Positions 1 to 8,709 of a stretch of 64,000 nt of DNA are shown here, piece after piece. This DNA comes from a virus. A program made the position numbers and the translations under genes. The notes under the pieces were generated by a model. That model did no database searches, was not told the DNA's origin, and saw nothing but the letters and a program-made list of their open reading frames with translations. The DNA is taken from the IMG/VR virus record IMGVR_UViG_3300021959_007960, positions 64,001-128,000 of that record. One strand, 5' to 3'. The number at the start of each line of letters is the position of its first letter. Position 1 is the stretch's first letter.

Positions 1-1043
1 ATAGCACTGTAGTCTACTGAGAAAACAGGAACACCACAAGAAGCAGCTTCAAGCTGAGGGATACCTAATCCTTCACATATTGCATATTGAACATAGACAT
101 CAAAAAAATTATAGATATTTTTTAATTCATTATCTGTTAAGCCGTGTACCACATTAGGAAAACTTGCGCCGTTTTTATGGCAGAAAGGACATTTTGTTTT
201 AGGTCCTTTCCATAATGAAGCCCATGCTTTTTTACAGTGTGGGCAATAATATGTAAAGAAAGTAAAATTATATGCCTCATACTCTTGTAATAATGAAGGG
301 ATGTCCCATCCACTTTTTTCGGGGTAGCTGGTATGTAGATATAGATAGACATTACTGTTTTTCGACAGCAATCTTAGATCTCTGATAGCACCCATTAGAT
401 TAGGAATTAATTTGCGTTTTTGATTCCTCATAACTGCTCCTACCACAAAAGAATCAGTAGGTAGCATGTGTAAAGCTTTGTTTGTTTTGTGAGAAAAATT
501 GATTGGCCTAAATACATCTGTATCTACAGAATCAGATACGCTTGGACATGTATTTATATTATATCCAGATGCATCCATGTAATTTACAGCCCAATCTGTA
601 TGACCAGAAACAAAGTCTGCATTAGCAAAAGTTTGCATCCAATGATATTGTTGAGGTAATGAGTCTACAGTAGGAGCAATAACCCAATGAAAATATGGCC
701 TAAGTAAAGAAGCATCTTGCCAAGCAAGCATCCAATAGTCTCTAATATCAAATACAATATCTGGTCTAAAATCTAAAACAACTTGATCAAATCTCCATTT
801 ACCAAAAACATTTTCTGGATCAGCATTATATTGTTTAGCATGTTCATGGTCATTACCAACTGCATTAGGATAAACTTTCCATGGAACTTGATTATTATGC
901 AGATTAGTATTGAAGCAACTTAATTCTGCTATCTTATACTTTCCAGTATTATGTAGTCTTTGTAGGATTTCTCTAGTATACAAGCCGAACCCTGATTTGG
1001 CGACATGGTGTTCACCAACCATTAAAATTCTTTTTTTTCTCAT
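1..1043 (-). CDS. Glycosyltransferase family 4 (GT-B) with Zn-ribbon insertion, 3' end runs off window
   Basis: Hand-translated (absent from ORF track): MRKKRILMVGEHHVAKSGFG...MRNQKRK...CPHC..CPFC...EGLGIPQLEAASCGVPV (GT4 ExxGxxxxEA motif). Confidence 0.85.
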   Translation of the reverse strand, partial: MRKKRILMVGEHHVAKSGFGLYTREILQRLHNTGKYKIAELSCFNTNLHNNQVPWKVYPNAVGNDHEHAKQYNADPENVFGKWRFDQVVLDFRPDIVFDIRDYWMLAWQDASLLRPYFHWVIAPTVDSLPQQYHWMQTFANADFVSGHTDWAVNYMDASGYNINTCPSVSDSVDTDVFRPINFSHKTNKALHMLPTDSFVVGAVMRNQKRKLIPNLMGAIRDLRLLSKNSNVYLYLHTSYPEKSGWDIPSLLQEYEAYNFTFFTYYCPHCKKAWASLWKGPKTKCPFCHKNGASFPNVVHGLTDNELKNIYNFFDVYVQYAICEGLGIPQLEAASCGVPVFSVDYSA

Positions 1044-1079
1044 ATACTAGAGACTCCTTTTGCTATTAATAAAAAATAA

Positions 1080-1460
1080 TTAGAATGCTACAGGTTGTTG
1101 TTCCTTAGATTCTGTACTAGTGGTACTCTTCTTTAGCTTAGTAATCTTTGAAAAGTTATTTACTCTAACTTTCATAGTACTATGCTTTACTCCATCCTTT
1201 TCCCACTTATCGTTTCTCATCGAACCCTCGACAAAAACCAGGTCTCCTTTTCTGAAAGACTCTGCGATAAGTTCTGCACCACTATCCCATGCTTCACAAG
1301 GAATATATGAAACAATCTTATCTCTCACACCGTTTGCTTTGGTGTATTCTCTAGAGACAGCTACAGTAAAATTAATAACAGAGATTTGTCTATCTCCACT
1401 ATCAATCTTTCTAAGTTCTGGATCTCTAGTAAGATTGCCTCGTAAAATAACTGTATTCAT
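1080..1460 (-). CDS. ssb: Single-stranded DNA-binding protein
   Basis: MNTVILRGNLTRDPELR...VEGSMR OB-fold SSB signature; C-terminal ..VAF. Confidence 0.95.
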   Translation of the reverse strand: MNTVILRGNLTRDPELRKIDSGDRQISVINFTVAVSREYTKANGVRDKIVSYIPCEAWDSGAELIAESFRKGDLVFVEGSMRNDKWEKDGVKHSTMKVRVNNFSKITKLKKSTTSTESKEQQPVAF

Positions 1461-1511
1461 ATCAATTACTCCATATCAAAAGGGTTAAAAAAACAGATTA
1501 AGCTGTTACGT

Positions 1512-1539
1512 ATTATAGGCTAATCTTGAACTTTGTCAA
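1512..1539 (-). promoter_or_regulatory. sigma70-type promoter for ssb
   Basis: TTGACA-16nt-TATAAT; -35 overlaps the dnaE-C stop codon; overlapped by an imperfect AGATTA/TAATCT hairpin followed by a T-run. Confidence 0.7.
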
Positions 1540-3137
1540 GACTGTGGAATAAAAATTTTATCCACTATTAAACTTTCCTTATCTTTAGATCTATTTCCTT
1601 TAATAATAACAATATTTCCATCAAATAAAACATTTTGATAAACTCTATATGTCTCTGGAAATATAATAATAGAATCTAAAACTCCTGTACTATCTGACAG
1701 GCTCAAAAATGCCATTTCAGCACCTTTGTTTTTTCCTGATTTAGTTTTGACTACATTTACTTGTTCTATTTCTCCAGCCAATACTACTTCTTTTTGAGCA
1801 TTTTTTAAGAAATCCCCACAAGTACAATTTGTATTAGAAACATCATACATGTCAATTCTGGAGCAGGATATGGAGTATCCTAATAGTTCATATTCTTTAT
1901 CAGAAATCCACTCTATTGAGTCGTTTAAGTCAAATGGTGGTTTGTCTATACTTTTAATATGATTGTTGACAATTGCTTGTCTTCTAATATTAATTTTATC
2001 TAACATTAGTTTTTGCAGTATGTCTTTTATGGTCGAGTCTTCAGAGATGTATTTTTGACATTTTTCTATTTCTTTTTTTGTTAGATCTGAAATTATACTA
2101 TATTCAAATAACATGCAGTTTCTAGTTTTGCCATAATGATCCATTGCCCCAGAAGATATCAAGCCTTTAACTGCTGTGCTATTCAAGTTTAGTAATATAT
2201 TAAAAAGTAATTCTATCCAACTTAATTTATCTATATCATAATCTTTTACTAAAGTCTCTAGCTTCTTAAAAACAGATTGACCAACACCCTTAATATCTGT
2301 CAAACCAAAATATATAATTTTATTTTTTAAAACAAAATATTGGTTTAGCTTTCTAATATCTGGCGTGGAAACCAAGATGTTCATTTGAGAAGCATTTTGT
2401 ATGAGTTCTTTGATTTCTTGTTGTGTATCTATTTTATCCTTAGCAAATTTAAGATATGACGCAAAAAATGTTCTGGTGAAGTGTGCTTTGCTATATGCAG
2501 ATAAGTAAGCATTCATTGCATAGCTAACAGCATGACTTTTATTAAAGCTGTATCTTTGGCTTTTTTCAATCCAAGAAAATATTTGTTCTGCTTGTTCAGC
2601 GGAAATAATATCTAATTTTTTACAACCTTTAATAAATTTGTCTTTTAGCTTAGACATCTCTCCTGCTTTTTTCTTACCAATAGCTTTACGCAGCATATCT
2701 GCTTCCTGTAAGTCAAAACCAGCTAATTCTTTAGCAATCTGCATAGCCTGTTCTTGATAAACCATTTCTCCAAAAGTATTTTTAAGAATAGGTTCTAGAG
2801 CAGGGTGAAAGTAATCTATAGACTCTAGTCCGTTTTTCTTGTCTATGTAATGATTACTAACTGTCTTGCTATCTCTTACAGCCTCCAAACATCCCGGTCG
2901 CATAATACTAATTAAGGCTGAAAGTTGCTCTATAGAATCTGGCTTGAGTTTTTTAGCCATACTTCTTCCAAGTCTGGACTCTAGCTGAAAACAGCCTTTA
3001 GTATTTCCACTTGATATTAAATCCCAAGTAGCATTACATTTTAAGTTTATAGAAGAAATTTGTGGATCAAAAATGATGTTTTCATTTTCGTCTAGAGCAA
3101 ATTTACATCCACAGTTTTTGTATTCAAAGTATTTCAT
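1536..3137 (-). CDS. dnaE: DNA polymerase III alpha, C-terminal half (fingers, HhH, OB)
   Basis: GCFQLES, MRPG, VYQEQ, ADMLRKAIGKK, YSFNKSHAVSY, FGLTDIKGVG, C-terminal OB-fold MAFLSLSD. Confidence 0.93.
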   Translation of the reverse strand: MKYFEYKNCGCKFALDENENIIFDPQISSINLKCNATWDLISSGNTKGCFQLESRLGRSMAKKLKPDSIEQLSALISIMRPGCLEAVRDSKTVSNHYIDKKNGLESIDYFHPALEPILKNTFGEMVYQEQAMQIAKELAGFDLQEADMLRKAIGKKKAGEMSKLKDKFIKGCKKLDIISAEQAEQIFSWIEKSQRYSFNKSHAVSYAMNAYLSAYSKAHFTRTFFASYLKFAKDKIDTQQEIKELIQNASQMNILVSTPDIRKLNQYFVLKNKIIYFGLTDIKGVGQSVFKKLETLVKDYDIDKLSWIELLFNILLNLNSTAVKGLISSGAMDHYGKTRNCMLFEYSIISDLTKKEIEKCQKYISEDSTIKDILQKLMLDKINIRRQAIVNNHIKSIDKPPFDLNDSIEWISDKEYELLGYSISCSRIDMYDVSNTNCTCGDFLKNAQKEVVLAGEIEQVNVVKTKSGKNKGAEMAFLSLSDSTGVLDSIIIFPETYRVYQNVLFDGNIVIIKGNRSKDKESLIVDKIFIPQS

Positions 3138-3820
3138 TGTGCAAAAGAATTTCTAAATTTAATCTTTTTGGCTTCATTCCTATGAAGCCTTAAAAACCTA
3201 ATCAACATAGCAGCACAGTCATTGACATCTTTCATAGCGTCATGTGCTCCTTCTTTACTTATGCCTAAATACTCACGCATAGTATCTAGCGAAAGACTTT
3301 TTAAATCTTCATTGTTTTCAAACCAAAGAAACATTAGATGCATTAAATCTATTTTGTCTCTTGGATGAAAAATATTATTGGTTTTATCTTTCCCTACATT
3401 TTTATATTTTAAAGCCATTCTGTCTACTATAGGAATATCAAATCTCAGTATATTATATCCTGCTGCTATTGGAGCAGAGAACATACTTTTACGAGAGCTT
3501 CTAGTGTGATATTTATCTAAGTAGTTAACAAATTGACTCCAAGATTGTTTTTGTGGAGGGAAATTTTGCCAACTGTTTAAGACTTCTGAAGCTGTACTAT
3601 TTTGTGCTTTAGCATGGAACTCTAGTAAGTCGGTTTCGTATTGATGGTCTGGATTCTTATCTAGTAATTCAGGTTTAAGATTTATATTAAACTCAGAATT
3701 AGGGATAACTTCCAATTTATCTGCATCCACCATAACAGCAGCAAGCTGAACAGGGCTACATTGGAACGGATCTTTACCATCTGTTTCAAAGTCAAAAACA
3801 CATATTTTATTTTTTTTCAA
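3134..3820 (-). CDS. DEDDh 3'-5' exonuclease (DnaQ/epsilon-like)
   Basis: VFDFETDG (ExoI), GYNILRFD (ExoII), AHDAMKD (ExoIII). Confidence 0.9.
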   Translation of the reverse strand: MKKNKICVFDFETDGKDPFQCSPVQLAAVMVDADKLEVIPNSEFNINLKPELLDKNPDHQYETDLLEFHAKAQNSTASEVLNSWQNFPPQKQSWSQFVNYLDKYHTRSSRKSMFSAPIAAGYNILRFDIPIVDRMALKYKNVGKDKTNNIFHPRDKIDLMHLMFLWFENNEDLKSLSLDTMREYLGISKEGAHDAMKDVNDCAAMLIRFLRLHRNEAKKIKFRNSFAQ

Positions 3821-3992
3821 GTCTTGTTACCTCGTCTAAGGGTCGGAATACAGCGTCGGCATTATCTAGCTTTCGTTTTGCGTTACATTTTACTTTACAA
3901 CAGCTAACTCTTACTTCAGGAACCTTTGTGTATTGAGCATTTTGCCCCGGTTTCACGAAGATGTCGTTAATACTTAGATCTTTAAATTGCAT
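3807..3992 (-). CDS. Small hypothetical protein within the split dnaE locus
   Basis: 61 aa ORF tightly coupled to neighbours, AGGAG SD. Confidence 0.7.
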   Translation of the reverse strand: MQFKDLSINDIFVKPGQNAQYTKVPEVRVSCCKVKCNAKRKLDNADAVFRPLDEVTRLEKK

Positions 3993-3993
3993 T

Positions 3994-5871
3994 TTATACT
4001 CCTTGTTTTAACATTGAAGATATGTTCATGATTTTATCTAATACCGCTACTCCTAGAATATCAAATTTAATCACTCCAATGTTCTCTAGGTCTTGCATTT
4101 CCATACCAGCTATCAAATTCTTATTTTTGGTATCATATACCATCGGACAAATATTACTTAGTTTTTCTGGAGCAATCACGACTCCAGCAGCATGTTTGGA
4201 TTGATTTGTTTTAGTACCCTCTAGTCTAATAGACTGTTCAAAGCGTTTTGACAAGGGCCCTTGTAGATTTCCTTCTTTATCTATCGAACACCACTCTTTT
4301 AAATCTTTAGCTTTATTTTCTAAAGTCCACTTAATAATAGATGCCTCTCCCTGTTCTTTTTTCATTTCTTCTAACTCATCAGAAATTTTAGCTTCATCAG
4401 GTATGTTTTTAGTAATTTTATTCATGTCTTCAAAAGACAAATTACCATACGCCCTTAAAACATCTTTCAATGCACCTCGACCTTTCATTGTATTAAAAGT
4501 TAACATTTGAGAAACTTTGTCTTCTCCATAAGTTTTTTTAATGTATTCAATAATACCTTCTCTCTTATCAATAGGAACATCTAAATCAATATCTGGCATA
4601 GAAACTCTATCTTTAGTATTTCTACCAGCGTTATAAAATCTATCAAACAATAAGTCGTATTTCATAGGATCAATTGAAGTAATACCCAAAAGGTAAGAAA
4701 CCAGACATCCTGCTGCACTACCTCTACCCGGCCCCGGCAACCAAGAAGAATTTCTAATATATTTAACGATATCTTGTACAATTAAAAAATAACTAGATAG
4801 ACCAGCACCATGCAAAACATCAAATTCATATTTTAATCTGCTGACATATTTATCTTGTATTTGCTTATCTAAGCCATTAAGTTTGTTATTTCTCCAACCT
4901 TCTCTACAAAGTTGTCTTAAATAGTCTGAGTCAGAATCATACTCACTAGGATATTGAAAAGGTGGTAAAATAGGCTGACTAAGAATATTATAATCTTCAC
5001 ACAATTGATCTACAAATATTGTATTTTCTATTTCTTCTTCAGTATGTAAACCATGCATTTCTTCGCTAGATGGTATGTAATACTTGTCACTATTGAAAAA
5101 GCAAGATAATCCAACCTCTATATTATTTTGTAATTTATGATTCACAGCAGATAGAGTTGTTCTCATATTGTTGCACAATAAAATTCTTTGATCTACTGCA
5201 TCTTCTTGTTTTGCATAATGTGCATCGGGTGTGCAGATAACCTTAGTTTGTGTAGAATGTCCAAGCGATCTAATGCTATCAGTAAGTTCAACTTGAATAG
5301 GGTTTGCTATTCTATCTATTAATTGAGCTTCTAAAAATACGTTTTCTTTTCCAAAGATATTATGTAAGTGCGATATGTGGTTTGTTGCGTCTTTCTTCCA
5401 GCTATCACTTATCTTATCTTCGACTACAATACGGTTGGCTAATGTAGAACCTAAATGTCCTGTAATCGCTATAATGTTATCATCTAACAAATCCCCTAAA
5501 GTATCTAAATCCACTCTAGGTTTGTGATAGAATCTATCAGGATGGTTAGACTCTGAAACTATTTTAATTAAAGTTTTCCATCCCTGTAGATTTTTACATA
5601 ATACAACAAGGTGTTCTAGTTTTGCGTTTTCTTTTTTCTTTTCTTTAGAACACTTTTTAGATATGTAAAGTTCACAACCTAAAATGGGTTTGATATTATT
5701 GCTTTTTAATTGTTGATAAAATTGAACGGCTCCAGAGATTGAACCATGATCTGTTATAGCACAAGACGTTGCTCCTATAGTTTTACATCTGTTAACAATG
5801 TCTTTAGGTTTACTTAAACCATCCAATAAAGAATAATGAGTGTGAACATGCAAAGGAGTATATAATTTCAT
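3994..5871 (-). CDS. dnaE: DNA polymerase III alpha, N-terminal half (PHP + palm)
   Basis: HVHTHYSLLDG, TDHG, DAHY, GRGSAAG, PDIDLD, HAAGVV, KFDILG. Confidence 0.95.
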   Translation of the reverse strand: MKLYTPLHVHTHYSLLDGLSKPKDIVNRCKTIGATSCAITDHGSISGAVQFYQQLKSNNIKPILGCELYISKKCSKEKKKENAKLEHLVVLCKNLQGWKTLIKIVSESNHPDRFYHKPRVDLDTLGDLLDDNIIAITGHLGSTLANRIVVEDKISDSWKKDATNHISHLHNIFGKENVFLEAQLIDRIANPIQVELTDSIRSLGHSTQTKVICTPDAHYAKQEDAVDQRILLCNNMRTTLSAVNHKLQNNIEVGLSCFFNSDKYYIPSSEEMHGLHTEEEIENTIFVDQLCEDYNILSQPILPPFQYPSEYDSDSDYLRQLCREGWRNNKLNGLDKQIQDKYVSRLKYEFDVLHGAGLSSYFLIVQDIVKYIRNSSWLPGPGRGSAAGCLVSYLLGITSIDPMKYDLLFDRFYNAGRNTKDRVSMPDIDLDVPIDKREGIIEYIKKTYGEDKVSQMLTFNTMKGRGALKDVLRAYGNLSFEDMNKITKNIPDEAKISDELEEMKKEQGEASIIKWTLENKAKDLKEWCSIDKEGNLQGPLSKRFEQSIRLEGTKTNQSKHAAGVVIAPEKLSNICPMVYDTKNKNLIAGMEMQDLENIGVIKFDILGVAVLDKIMNISSMLKQGV

Positions 5872-6911
5872 TCTGTGCTTCCTGGGGCCTTGTAGTGTCC
5901 TATATTATAGCCTGGAACAGTGTATTCGTCAACAGTATTTTTGTATCCTTTTACAGAAATGTCATGAGCCACCTGTTCGCATTTGGTCATAGGAGTATTT
6001 ACAGAACAAACTTGGCCATCCCTATATTCTACCAATGGCTGTATATCGGTATCTTCGAATGTAGTTTTCCCATAATGACACAACTTAGTGCATTTCCAAG
6101 TCTTTTTTAATTCTGGTTTGACAGTATTTTTAATATGTTTAAATTTTTTCTTTAGTAATTCTTCAGTTTTACATAGGTCTTTTTTACTAAACGTCATACT
6201 AAAAGGACCACCATCATTTATAAAATATATAGTTACGATACAATGATCTATTTCAGGATAAAGTTTATTTACTGCATAATAATAAATCATTAGCTGTGGA
6301 TCAATCTCTAATTTTTCTTGCGTCTTTTCCTCTCCGGTCGCCCAATTAAGTCTACGTCCTGTTTTCCAATCAATAATTTCAGCAGTATTTTCGTTTGGTT
6401 TTGTTATTAAGTCAATTGTTCCTTTGATAGATAATTGACCTTCTAGTGGCCCATCTTTCGTGTCATACTTGAATTTAGCCCAAGGCTTATCAATAGTTAT
6501 ATCAAATTGTTGTTCTGGATATAATATATTTTTATTACGAGGATCAAACATTCCATCAGCATAATTAATTGCTTTATATGTCCACTTAGAGCAATCTTTA
6601 AAATCAACATTTGTCCACTTATGATGAGTAAAAGCACTAGTATAATAGGTATATACAGACTCTATAATACCGTCCAAATTGTAATCTTCAACATATACCT
6701 CCCCTACAATATCGTCTGTAAAAGACCGATTACCTTGTTGTTGGTGATACTTAATAAATGCCAAAATTTCTAATACTTTATGTACAATAGTACCCTTGTC
6801 TGCTTTTTTATTAGAAGGAGATCTATACCCTAATACATAATCAAAGAAGTATTGTTGTTCGCACATATTGTGTGTGTTGTAGGATGAACTACGAAAGTAT
6901 GTAATTATAAT
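5868..6911 (-). CDS. PD-(D/E)XK RecB/Cas4-like exonuclease with Cys cluster
   Basis: GTIVHKVLE, GTIDL, IIDWKTG, QLMIY, C-terminal CTKLC..C; frame extends 15 codons above the ATG at 6866 to an ATT at 6911. Confidence 0.85.
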   Translation of the reverse strand: MIITYFRSSSYNTHNMCEQQYFFDYVLGYRSPSNKKADKGTIVHKVLEILAFIKYHQQQGNRSFTDDIVGEVYVEDYNLDGIIESVYTYYTSAFTHHKWTNVDFKDCSKWTYKAINYADGMFDPRNKNILYPEQQFDITIDKPWAKFKYDTKDGPLEGQLSIKGTIDLITKPNENTAEIIDWKTGRRLNWATGEEKTQEKLEIDPQLMIYYYAVNKLYPEIDHCIVTIYFINDGGPFSMTFSKKDLCKTEELLKKKFKHIKNTVKPELKKTWKCTKLCHYGKTTFEDTDIQPLVEYRDGQVCSVNTPMTKCEQVAHDISVKGYKNTVDEYTVPGYNIGHYKAPGSTE

Positions 6912-7528
6912 GATATCACCTTTTGTTCTGTAAGAAAATTATAAATATGTTGGTCTTTATCTTCAATAGATAACGAGTGATTATCAATAATTAAATCAAA
7001 ATTAGATTGGTCGTAGCTGGCTTCATCTAGTGCAGTTTCACTAGCATGAGTTGACGAATACAAACTCCTATCTAGTTTTATAACTAATCCACCTGCTTGT
7101 TTAACAGCTGCAACTTCATTAGGAAAACGACAGTCTGCAATTAAAGCTAACGGGAAATTCTCTTTTTTTATTTTTCTAAGCGTAGCATCGGACCATACAT
7201 TGTTTTGCATCCTTCTTAATACATCAGTTCCCACATATTGCATCACCTCTCGCGCTGTCATTTGTGCGTCAATACCTGGCCAAAAACAATTAACCAGTTC
7301 ATTTTTATTTTCATCTGTACCATAACACTGTGCTTCAGTTAAACCTAATATGTCTATACACAGCTTTTTTAATGGGTCAGCAAAATTATATGTGCTGACA
7401 ACTTCGCAGTAATCGCTTTGATCGAGAACCGTTCTATATTTATAGTAATGATTAGTAAAAAGTCTAGAAGCAAATTTACACGCACTAGTTTTACCAGATT
7501 GTTTTTTACCAGCAAATGCAATAATCAT
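6905..7528 (-). CDS. Deoxynucleoside monophosphate kinase (T4 gp1-like)
   Basis: GKKQSGKT P-loop, FADPLK, REVMQYVGT, DCRFPNE, HASE. Confidence 0.88.
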   Translation of the reverse strand: MIIAFAGKKQSGKTSACKFASRLFTNHYYKYRTVLDQSDYCEVVSTYNFADPLKKLCIDILGLTEAQCYGTDENKNELVNCFWPGIDAQMTAREVMQYVGTDVLRRMQNNVWSDATLRKIKKENFPLALIADCRFPNEVAAVKQAGGLVIKLDRSLYSSTHASETALDEASYDQSNFDLIIDNHSLSIEDKDQHIYNFLTEQKVISL

Positions 7529-8709
7529 GTTCTTTCCTTTATAAATTGTATAATTTGAGTATCAATTTCTTCACGAGTCATTTCTGCAATGTCTGTTGCA
7601 GTAATTTGTGGTCTATGTATTGTATAGGTGTTTTCGCATTTTTGTTGTATTTCTGTAGCTGCTTTGTCTCCAGCTTCATCGTTATCCATAATAAGAAATA
7701 GTGTCATAGCCCCAGAAGAATCTAAAATTAGTTTCTGTCTATCGCTTAAATTACAACCGAAAATTGCAACACTATTATGAATATTATTTTCTTCTAATTT
7801 CCATACATTACCTGGACTTTCTACAAGTATTGCATAATTATTATTGTATATGTATTCTTTAGCATTCCAAAAATTATACAGATAATGCTGAGACTTAAAA
7901 CCATAGCTATGTTTCCACTTAGAGTATTGCCAAGCCACATCTTTAGATGGACACATTTCTTCTGGATTGTGATACGATTGACAAGTAGTGCATTTATCAA
8001 ATATACTTCTACCTGTACATCCTACCAAAAACTCTCCAGTGTCATCATATATTGGCACAATAACTCTATTATACATAGGCTTGTCTGGATTACTACAAAG
8101 TCCAACATCATATTTAGTTAGTATGTCTTTTGAAAAACCCCTATCTATATAGTATTGAGAAGGTATTTCAATATTTTTTATTGCTGAATTCCTAGTTATC
8201 TTACTGTTTATTAATTGTTTAGGATTAATTTTATCAACTATTCTAGCAAAATTATTTTTATCTTGAGAGACCTTACTAACCAATAGATCATTGTTGTCAG
8301 AGCCTAGCAAATTTTTGCAGAATTCTACCACCTCATTAAAGGAGCACATTTTATCTCCTTGTTCAGACCAATTATATTTTTGAGAAGATATGACACCTCT
8401 GATAAATCCTAAGATAGATCCTCTGAAACAATGTTCACACTGATGGGTTCTACATTTCCAATTGCCTCTATATGTATCGCCTTCATAGTACAAATTTAAA
8501 GCAGAATCATTATCTCCACTATGAATAGGACAAGACATAGTAATCATCTTACTATTATCTCTATAATCATCTAAACCTAAAGCGTTCAAAACATCTTCTA
8601 TATTATCACACAATAGATCACACATGCGTTTCAATTCTTGTTGATTATACGAATGGGATTTCGTCTTTATCATTGTCAACCACAAACCCTTCTGTATCAT
8701 TTGAGTCAT
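7525..8709 (-). CDS. dnaG: DNA primase (Zn-binding domain + TOPRIM)
   Basis: CPIH..C..C Zn domain, RVIVPI, GR, VESPG, MDNDEAG; true start probably near 8673. Confidence 0.88.
   Translation of the reverse strand: MTQMIQKGLWLTMIKTKSHSYNQQELKRMCDLLCDNIEDVLNALGLDDYRDNSKMITMSCPIHSGDNDSALNLYYEGDTYRGNWKCRTHQCEHCFRGSILGFIRGVISSQKYNWSEQGDKMCSFNEVVEFCKNLLGSDNNDLLVSKVSQDKNNFARIVDKINPKQLINSKITRNSAIKNIEIPSQYYIDRGFSKDILTKYDVGLCSNPDKPMYNRVIVPIYDDTGEFLVGCTGRSIFDKCTTCQSYHNPEEMCPSKDVAWQYSKWKHSYGFKSQHYLYNFWNAKEYIYNNNYAILVESPGNVWKLEENNIHNSVAIFGCNLSDRQKLILDSSGAMTLFLIMDNDEAGDKAATEIQQKCENTYTIHRPQITATDIAEMTREEIDTQIIQFIKERT

Noticed and set aside
137-352. 71-aa ORF from the track
   Set aside because: Out-of-frame inside the GT4 gene 1-1043
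3100-4010. Split intein joining the DnaE halves (C-half begins MKYFEYKN-C)
   Set aside because: The N-half ends in polymerase sequence with no Cys/Ser-initiated IntN, and 8 residues with no Hint motifs do not support an IntC
5868-6911. CRISPR-Cas system implied by the Cas4-like nuclease
   Set aside because: No cas1/cas2 and no repeat-spacer array seen; solo Cas4-like exonucleases are common in phage replication blocks
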